46,905 bases of DNA from a virus (taxonomy: Duplodnaviria > Caudoviricetes). Below the pieces are notes generated by a model. It saw only the letters and a program-made list of their open reading frames with translations, was not told the DNA's origin and made no database searches. The DNA lies in IMG/VR virus record IMGVR_UViG_3300017655_000268, positions 1-46,905 of that record; one strand, 5' to 3'. The position numbers and the translations under genes were made by a program. Of this stretch, positions 1 to 5,767 are shown piece after piece (within the stretch, counting starts at the first letter, position 1; each line of letters opens with the position of its first letter).

Positions 1-465
1 TCATCGCTTAATCGCCATCCCCGACGCACTCCATCCGTATACTTTAGCATTCCCGTCTTTGTCTATATAAACTTCTGCCGAATATTTAAAATTGATGATG
101 CCATCTCCCCCCATCTTCATTGCTTCCTCTACCAGTAAATCGGTTACCCCATCCGGCGTGCCTCTCACGTAGACTTGCTTCATTTTTGGGCCTTCAGTAT
201 TGTACACGTCATCTTTGTGCCTCTTTAATTTCTTCGGCTTATTCTCGTCGACCACTTCCTTTTCAATCCAACCATTTGTGAATAGTGCCGAAACGGAACT
301 TATAGGAGTATACTCAAAATTGACAGAATTAGATTCCGTAATAAAGAAACCTTGATCGTTAAAGCGCTTATAGTCGATAGCGGTGGCCGAGTACATTCCG
401 GGGCCGACAACCGAGCAGCTTGAAATGGCTGCGCCAACGATAATTAATACAAGAATTTGTCTCAT
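1..465 (-). CDS. Lipoprotein, possible YbjQ-like fold; superinfection-exclusion candidate
   Basis: Signal peptide II MRQILVLIIVGAAISS-C; C-terminal 'LVEEAMKMGGDGIINF...ASGMAIK' resembles the YbjQ-like pattern; co-oriented downstream of the repressor. Confidence 0.6.
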   Translation of the reverse strand: MRQILVLIIVGAAISSCSVVGPGMYSATAIDYKRFNDQGFFITESNSVNFEYTPISSVSALFTNGWIEKEVVDENKPKKLKRHKDDVYNTEGPKMKQVYVRGTPDGVTDLLVEEAMKMGGDGIINFKYSAEVYIDKDGNAKVYGWSASGMAIKR

Positions 466-511
466 AGCTTTTCATTTAAATTTATGTTGATTAATTATCA
501 CCCGCCACCCA

Positions 512-892
512 TCACGAGCCGTGGCCCGAAAACGTGGTCTTGCCGTTGTCACCGTTTCCGCGACTTAACAGCAATGCATTATACTTTTCTAAAATGTCGA
601 TGTATTTATCCTTCCAGTAGTCTGCTGCATCTTTTAATTCATCGTAGCTTTTGGCTGATCCGTACTCTGCCGGTGGTTCCCGCAAAACATAGAGCATTTC
701 AGGGAAATCCTTGGAAAAATCGTAATCGAGCGCCTTTCCGTACTGGGTAATATAATCAAGAGAAAGCTCGGGATCATCCATATGCCGATAAACCGTTCCC
801 CTATCAATCCCCATCTTCTTTGCGAGCGGAGCAATCTTCGCATTCTTCTCGCGAATGACCCGCGATAAAATTTCTCCTCTGTGTTTCAACAT
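512..892 (-). CDS. Prophage repressor-like HTH protein (start reassigned to MLKHRG)
   Basis: HTH 'IAPLAKKMGIDRGTVYRHMD'; divergent from a small HTH gene; upstream in-frame extension overlaps the operator region. Confidence 0.75.
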   Translation of the reverse strand: MLKHRGEILSRVIREKNAKIAPLAKKMGIDRGTVYRHMDDPELSLDYITQYGKALDYDFSKDFPEMLYVLREPPAEYGSAKSYDELKDAADYWKDKYIDILEKYNALLLSRGNGDNGKTTFSGHGS

Positions 893-980
893 GTTGCAAA
901 ATTGCGACTTAAAATGTTGCATTTTATAATCACTAAGTGTTGCATTTCTCATTATAGTGTTGCATATTTGTTGCATAGTT
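887..980. promoter_or_regulatory. Lysis/lysogeny switch region with TGTTGCA operator-like array
   Basis: TGTTGCA at 892, 915, 938, 958 and 969 between divergent HTH genes; palindrome CAACATGTTG at 887-896. Confidence 0.7.
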
Positions 981-1007
981 GCTGCACTACAGAAAAATGA
1001 TGCCAAA

Positions 1008-1250
1008 ATGCTGACACAAGACGAATTAAATGCGCTAAAGGCTAAAATGCCAGACAAATACGTCCCGAAAGTGATGGAAGCCTATGCAGATCTCACGGGT
1101 AAATCCATAAGCCGACGGACGGTTTACAACTTTTTTTCTGGTGAAACCTACACAATCGCTTTGCACAATGCAACACTTTATGTTGCAGAGAAAAACAGAC
1201 AAACGGTCACCACGCTCAAAAAGCGAACTTCTGATATTATAAACAACTAA
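1008..1250 (+). CDS. Cro-like small DNA-binding protein (start MLTQDE)
   Basis: HTH-like 'KSISRRTVYNFFSG'; first gene of the rightward early operon. Confidence 0.65.
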   Translation: MLTQDELNALKAKMPDKYVPKVMEAYADLTGKSISRRTVYNFFSGETYTIALHNATLYVAEKNRQTVTTLKKRTSDIINN

Positions 1251-1252
1251 CC

Positions 1253-1699
1253 ATGTTCGACACCCATTTAAACACCGCTACCCGCACGCTCCACATCGAG
1301 CTGCCCAACGGACTCCGCACCCGCACCATAACGATGCCTGTAACGAGCACCCAGCAAGCCATCAATTTGTATAACACCAATGTGGCTAAGTACATCATCG
1401 CCACGCTAACCCGCTGGGTCAAACACCGCGAGTGGACGCTCAGGTATATCGGTCAGCTCAACGCGACAGAACAATACGCAATCGACGCACTCAAAGAAAT
1501 GCTGGCCGATCACTCGGAAAGCAAACTCCACGTCATCATCCTGCAAGTAAGCAAGCACGATCAAAATATTGCCAGGATAGCCCCTGGCGAAAAGAGCCGT
1601 TACCATCGCAAGTATCTCCATGAGGTCGTGCCCATCCGGTACTGGTGCCAGCAGGAATACGCCAAGCGCTACCATCCCGACTTAAAGAACCGTGTGTAA
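1253..1699 (+). CDS. Hypothetical phage protein
   Basis: 148-aa ORF with phage-core codon usage, abutting the upstream gene. Confidence 0.7.
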   Translation: MFDTHLNTATRTLHIELPNGLRTRTITMPVTSTQQAINLYNTNVAKYIIATLTRWVKHREWTLRYIGQLNATEQYAIDALKEMLADHSESKLHVIILQVSKHDQNIARIAPGEKSRYHRKYLHEVVPIRYWCQQEYAKRYHPDLKNRV

Positions 1700-1764
1700 A
1701 AGGTAGGCCAGCTCCGCCACGCCGTTCTTTATGGCCTTGTAGCTTCGGAGCATCTGTCATATCG

Positions 1765-1791
1765 GCCCTGTACGTGGCAACAGGGCTTTTT
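1765..1791 (+). terminator. Intrinsic terminator in the early operon
   Basis: Stem GCCCTGT/ACAGGGC followed by TTTTT. Confidence 0.6.
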
Positions 1792-1815
1792 AAACCACCC
1801 CTTAATCCGGGCAAA

Positions 1816-2160
1816 ATGAAACCACTAATCTTAATATTTATCGCGGCATCGCTCATATCATGCAGCAAGAAGTCCGCACCACAGCCCGAGCCCCAGCAGC
1901 TCACCTACCACATCACCGCCGGCCACGCATCCGAGGTCGTTATATACCTACACCGCACAAATATGGTCGTTCGTGACACCATATACGGCCAAGTACTTTA
2001 TTACGATAAAGCCCGTCCTGGCGATATCCTGCGTTTTCAATTGAAATCACTTGCCGGCACTAACGTTTCCGTAAACATCGAATACAGCGGAAGCTACCTT
2101 TTGCACCAATCTGCCGACGAATACGGCTTCATAAAAATAGAAGGGAGGTTGCCGCAATGA
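1816..2160 (+). CDS. Small lipoprotein
   Basis: MKPLILIFIAASLIS-C lipobox; start reassigned within the 1645..2160 ORF. Confidence 0.7.
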   Translation: MKPLILIFIAASLISCSKKSAPQPEPQQLTYHITAGHASEVVIYLHRTNMVVRDTIYGQVLYYDKARPGDILRFQLKSLAGTNVSVNIEYSGSYLLHQSADEYGFIKIEGRLPQ

Positions 2161-2429
2161 GACGTTCAGACCTCAAAGAAGGCATCATCTTCCGCTCAAC
2201 CATTAACGATAATACCTGGTACAAAATCCGGGGTGGTGGAAGCATCACCATGCAAGTATGGTCATACAGATCGCCCGAGTGTTTAGATGCTTGGAACTTC
2301 GAAGGCTACATCCACGAAACCGAAAGCAACAAAGGCTTCACCCTCGAAAATTACATCATAAACAAGCGGGTCGCCGCCTTCTTCCCCTTCAAAGATTTCG
2401 AAGTATTAACCCCCATAACTCAATCATAA
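2157..2429 (+). CDS. Hypothetical phage protein
   Basis: ATGA overlap with the upstream gene; stop overlaps the next start. Confidence 0.65.
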   Translation: MRRSDLKEGIIFRSTINDNTWYKIRGGGSITMQVWSYRSPECLDAWNFEGYIHETESNKGFTLENYIINKRVAAFFPFKDFEVLTPITQS

Positions 2430-2749
2430 TGGCAAAATCAGAACCCATCAACGTCATCATCCAAGACGTTCAACCCACGGAAACCCTACGCGACGGCCTA
2501 CGCCGTCAGGTCATCATCATGATGGAACCCGGCTACACAGACGACTTCGGAGATAAGAAAGGCCGCGACAATCACTGGCGCGTCAGCATCTACGGTGACC
2601 GCATCGAAAAGTTCGGCATCACCGCCGGCCACATCGGCACAAAAGCCAAAGCCAGGTTCGCATTCACCAGTACCGAAAGCGTCATCAATGGCGGCATACG
2701 CAAGTACGAAGTATCCGCAAGGCTCAATGATATCACCTTTATCAAATGA
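2429..2749 (+). CDS. DUF3127-like OB-fold / ssDNA-binding protein
   Basis: Start MAKSEP; beta-rich pattern 'RRQVIIM...HWRVSIYGDRIEKF...GTKAKARFAFTSTE' resembles Bacteroidota phage DUF3127. Confidence 0.5.
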   Translation: MAKSEPINVIIQDVQPTETLRDGLRRQVIIMMEPGYTDDFGDKKGRDNHWRVSIYGDRIEKFGITAGHIGTKAKARFAFTSTESVINGGIRKYEVSARLNDITFIK

Positions 2750-3324
2750 AACGCCCCATAACACCACCGCCACCCGCTCCGCCGGTCCGCAAAGAAAGCG
2801 ACCTCGCACTCTTCGCGACGGACCCCGAAACCGGTGAGCAATATTACAGGCTCAGGGCGTTGGAAGCGATCACCATCATCACCCTGATGGTCGCATTATA
2901 CATCGCCCACGCCCTTATCATCGCCGCGGTGGCCATCACCATTTACAAGCAAAAAACCGAGAATATGGAAACCACACAAAAAACCGTCTACATCGCCGGT
3001 CCAATCACCAACATTCCCCACGGCAACGTCGTTGCCTTCCGCGAAGCCACCAAGGCCGTCCGCAACATGGGACACATCGCTAAGAACCCCCACGAGTTCA
3101 GCGCTGACATTCCAAAAACATCCCGATGGGAAACCTTCATGCGCCGCGCATTACAGCAGCTTATGGACTGTACCGACATCGTTTTGCTTCCCGGATGGGA
3201 AAATTCGGATGACGCCACATTGGAACAGATGAACGCGAGCCTCGTAGGCATCACCGTGCACGAAAGCCTCGAAGCATTCCAACAGGCCCAGACAAAACAA
3301 ATGGAGGCTACAGTCGATGCGTGA
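2746..3324 (+). CDS. DUF4406 (nucleoside 2-deoxyribosyltransferase-like) protein with N-terminal TM extension; alternative start at 2965
   Basis: 'VYIAGPIT...AF...NP...WETFMRRALQQLMDCTDIVLLPGWENS..A.LE' signature. Confidence 0.75.
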   Translation: MKRPITPPPPAPPVRKESDLALFATDPETGEQYYRLRALEAITIITLMVALYIAHALIIAAVAITIYKQKTENMETTQKTVYIAGPITNIPHGNVVAFREATKAVRNMGHIAKNPHEFSADIPKTSRWETFMRRALQQLMDCTDIVLLPGWENSDDATLEQMNASLVGITVHESLEAFQQAQTKQMEATVDA

Positions 3325-3433
3325 TCTATTTCAAGACCCCACCGTTCGAGACTGGCTCCTTGGCAATGCCGTCGGCATAGCCCTCATCGCAGCATTCATT
3401 TTTTATAAACCCCGAAAAATCAAAAACAAATAA
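3317..3433 (+). CDS. 38-aa single-TM microprotein (not in the ORF track)
   Basis: MRDLFQDPTVRDWLLGNAVGIALIAAFIFYKPRKIKNK*; exactly fills the gap between the DUF4406 gene and the DGR target. Confidence 0.55.
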   Translation: MRDLFQDPTVRDWLLGNAVGIALIAAFIFYKPRKIKNK

Positions 3434-3435
3434 TC

Positions 3436-4293
3436 ATGGAAGAATTAAAGGTAACCAAACAAAACGCATTGGCCGCACACAATGAAGCCAACCAAAAAGG
3501 CAAAGCATTGCTCGAAAACCTTTTCGGCAAGAAAGTATTCACCGGTAACGTCCGAGATCGAATCTTTGATTTCGACGATGTACTCGACGAGCTGGGCATC
3601 AAGCCTATCCAATTCATCAACGAATCGAAGCTTCTCCCCCCAAGATTCGTAACAGAGCTGAAACTCGAATACATTGCCCGCGCGTATAACGAAGGCCAAA
3701 CACCCGATTGGGATGACAATGAGCAGCGCAAATACTGGGGATGGTTTTGGATGGATTCGGCCCGCGGTGTTTCGTTCGACGCTTACTACTACGATTACTC
3801 GGATTCGTATGTCGCGTCCCGCCTCGCGTTTCTCGACCTCGACAACTTCAAAGATGCCGTCAAGAAGTTCCTCCCGGTTTTCGAAGAGTATTACACCGCA
3901 CCCCTCACACTTCCAAACAGCGATAACACCAGCATCAAGCCAAACAAATCACTGCATTGGAAGGATATCGTGTCGGTCGAAAAAGCCCTCGAGTACCGCG
4001 GCGAAACCATCGAGCAGTTCAACTACCGCACCCAGTTCGACACCGACCAACAGCGTGCCGGCAAAGAGCTCGAAGTCATCGCAGAAGCCATCCGTCAAGG
4101 GCAGAAAGGCGACTACGACTACTATCCGTGGTTTAATTCGGCGCGTTCGGCCCGCGGTTTTTCGTTCGGCGATTACCGCTGCGCTTACTCGGTTTCGTGT
4201 GTCGCGTCCCGCCTCACCGTTGATTCGAGCGAAAAAGCAACATTCATGGGCAAAACTCACATAGGCATTTACGACCGCTACATAAACGGATAA
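3436..4293 (+). CDS. DGR target protein with two tandem homologous domains, each carrying a variable repeat
   Basis: Two copies of 'LE.IA.A...G.....Y..WF..SARG.SF..Y...YS.S.VASRL'; both VRs match the TR at 4315-4391. Confidence 0.92.
   Translation: MEELKVTKQNALAAHNEANQKGKALLENLFGKKVFTGNVRDRIFDFDDVLDELGIKPIQFINESKLLPPRFVTELKLEYIARAYNEGQTPDWDDNEQRKYWGWFWMDSARGVSFDAYYYDYSDSYVASRLAFLDLDNFKDAVKKFLPVFEEYYTAPLTLPNSDNTSIKPNKSLHWKDIVSVEKALEYRGETIEQFNYRTQFDTDQQRAGKELEVIAEAIRQGQKGDYDYYPWFNSARSARGFSFGDYRCAYSVSCVASRLTVDSSEKATFMGKTHIGIYDRYING
3756..3825 (+). repeat. DGR variable repeat VR1
   Basis: 70-nt match to TR with 9 mismatches, 8 at TR adenines and one T>G at 3769. Confidence 0.93.
4139..4215 (+). 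repeat. DGR variable repeat VR2
   Basis: 77-nt ungapped match to TR with 13 mismatches, all at TR adenines. Confidence 0.96.
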
Positions 4294-4300
4294 GAAAAAA

Positions 4301-4500
4301 GGTGGTGCGCCGTCCGGCGCGTTCGGCCCGCGGTTTTTCGTTCAACGATTACAACTACGATAACTCGAATTCGAATGTCGCGTCCCACATCTGATACACT
4401 TGGATGGCGCACACCCTACCCGCACGGTAAAAAATCACAGGTTTCAAAGGGCATTGGTACCCGCCACGGCGAGGGAAGATGACCGACTAAAACAGAGGCA
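4301..4500 (+). ncRNA. Putative structured DGR template RNA (TR plus flanking stem and spacer)
   Basis: GGTGGTGCGCCGTCC (4301-4315) can pair with GGATGGCGCACACC (4402-4415); small hairpin TACC-CGCAC-GGTA followed by an A-run. Confidence 0.6.
4315..4391 (+). repeat. DGR template repeat (TR)
   Basis: Non-coding AAC/AAT-rich copy (TTC AAC GAT TAC AAC TAC GAT AAC TCG AAT TCG AAT GTC GCG TCC CAC ATC) located between target and RT. Confidence 0.96.
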
Positions 4501-5619
4501 ATGAAAAGGCATTCCAACCTATACGAGCAAGTATACAACATCCATAATCTGGAAGCGGCCGACCGCCAAGCGTCGCTGGGAAAAAGCAAACAGCCCGGCG
4601 TGATCAAGCACCGGCAAAATCCCGACATGAACCTTATGGCATTGCAAAACATACTGATGGACAAAACGTATCGCACATCGCCATACGTTACCGCCACCAT
4701 CCACGATCCAAAGGAGCGCACCATCTATTGCTTGCCATACTTCCCGGACCGTATCGTACACCACGCCATCGTCAACGTCATGAAGCCCATTTGGGTGTCC
4801 ACGTTCACCGCAGACACCTACAGCTGCATCGAAGGCCGCGGCGTTCATAAAGCATCGTACAGGCTGCGTAAAGCCCTCAAAAACCAAAGCGAAACAACCT
4901 ACTGCCTCAAACTGGATATCGTCAAGTATTATCCGTCGGTAGATCACGGCATCCTTAAAACCATCATCCGGAAGAAAATCAAAGACCAGGACATGCTCAA
5001 CATTCTCGATGAAATCATCGATAGCGCTCCCGGCCTACCCATCGGCAATTACCTCAGTCAGTACCTCGCCAATCTGTACCTCACATACTTCGACCACTGG
5101 GTAAAAGAAAATCTCGGCGTCAAGCACTACTTCCGCTACGCCGATGATATGGTGTTCCTGTCATCAAGCAAAACCGAGCTTCATACCATACTGGCCAAAG
5201 TGCGCACATACCTACGCGAAAAACTCAACCTTCAGGTAAAAGGCAACTACCAGGTGTTCCCAGTCGCTAAGCGCGGCATCGACGTTTTCGGATACATACA
5301 CTACCACCACCACACATTACTACGCAAATCAATTAAACAACGCTTCGCTCGCATGCTCGCAAAACGACCGAACCGCGCATCGATAGCAGCTTACAACGGT
5401 TGGGCAAAGCATTGCAACAGCAAGCACCTAATCAAAAAACTCAATGATCAGTTTCAAGGACTTAAACATCAAGGCCGAAATGAAAGGCTTTGTAGGCAAG
5501 AAGATGGCAATAACCGATATCCTGAACATCGAAATCACAGTACTCGATTGGAAGGTAGAAAAGAGCATCATCAAACCCGAACTGGGCCGAAACTGCCTTC
5601 ACCTATCGTTCGAACATGA
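4501..5619 (+). CDS. DGR-class reverse transcriptase
   Basis: 'GLPIGNYLSQYLANLYL' (DGR G..SQ motif), 'YFRYADD', 'LKLDIVKYYPSV', 'PDRIVHHA'; no maturase or endonuclease domain; adjacent to the TR. Confidence 0.96.
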   Translation: MKRHSNLYEQVYNIHNLEAADRQASLGKSKQPGVIKHRQNPDMNLMALQNILMDKTYRTSPYVTATIHDPKERTIYCLPYFPDRIVHHAIVNVMKPIWVSTFTADTYSCIEGRGVHKASYRLRKALKNQSETTYCLKLDIVKYYPSVDHGILKTIIRKKIKDQDMLNILDEIIDSAPGLPIGNYLSQYLANLYLTYFDHWVKENLGVKHYFRYADDMVFLSSSKTELHTILAKVRTYLREKLNLQVKGNYQVFPVAKRGIDVFGYIHYHHHTLLRKSIKQRFARMLAKRPNRASIAAYNGWAKHCNSKHLIKKLNDQFQGLKHQGRNERLCRQEDGNNRYPEHRNHSTRLEGRKEHHQTRTGPKLPSPIVRT

Positions 5620-5746
5620 AGGCAAGCAACGGGTACTTTTCTGTTCGGGCACATACCTGATAAAGCAACTGCAGATGGTGCCCAAAGACAAGTTCCCCTT
5701 CAAAGCAACGATCAAAAAATTAAACGACTGGCACGAATTCACATAA
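5444..5746 (+). CDS. 100-aa protein overlapping the RT 3' end; candidate DGR accessory factor
   Basis: Protein-like beta-rich sequence ('...VLFCSGTYLIKQLQMVPKDKFPFKATI'); fills the gap to the primase. Confidence 0.7.
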   Translation: MISFKDLNIKAEMKGFVGKKMAITDILNIEITVLDWKVEKSIIKPELGRNCLHLSFEHEGKQRVLFCSGTYLIKQLQMVPKDKFPFKATIKKLNDWHEFT

Positions 5747-5767
5747 CCCAATAGCCGAAACGACAAC

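Noticed and set aside
893-1057. N-terminal extensions of the repressor and Cro ORFs
   Set aside because: They overlap each other and the operator array; the downstream ATGs at 892 and 1008 give compact HTH proteins
1705-1751. HDV-like ribozyme in the early intergenic region
   Set aside because: The nested P3/P1.1/P4 elements could not be assigned
3756-4391. Three ~75-bp repeats read as a CRISPR array or simple duplication
   Set aside because: Irregular spacing, two copies lie in-frame in a CDS, and mismatches are almost entirely at adenines of one copy, which indicates DGR TR/VR
4501-5619. RT as a group II intron, retron or Abi RT
   Set aside because: No maturase/HNH domain or retron VTG motif; it has the DGR 'IGNYLSQ' motif and an adjacent TR
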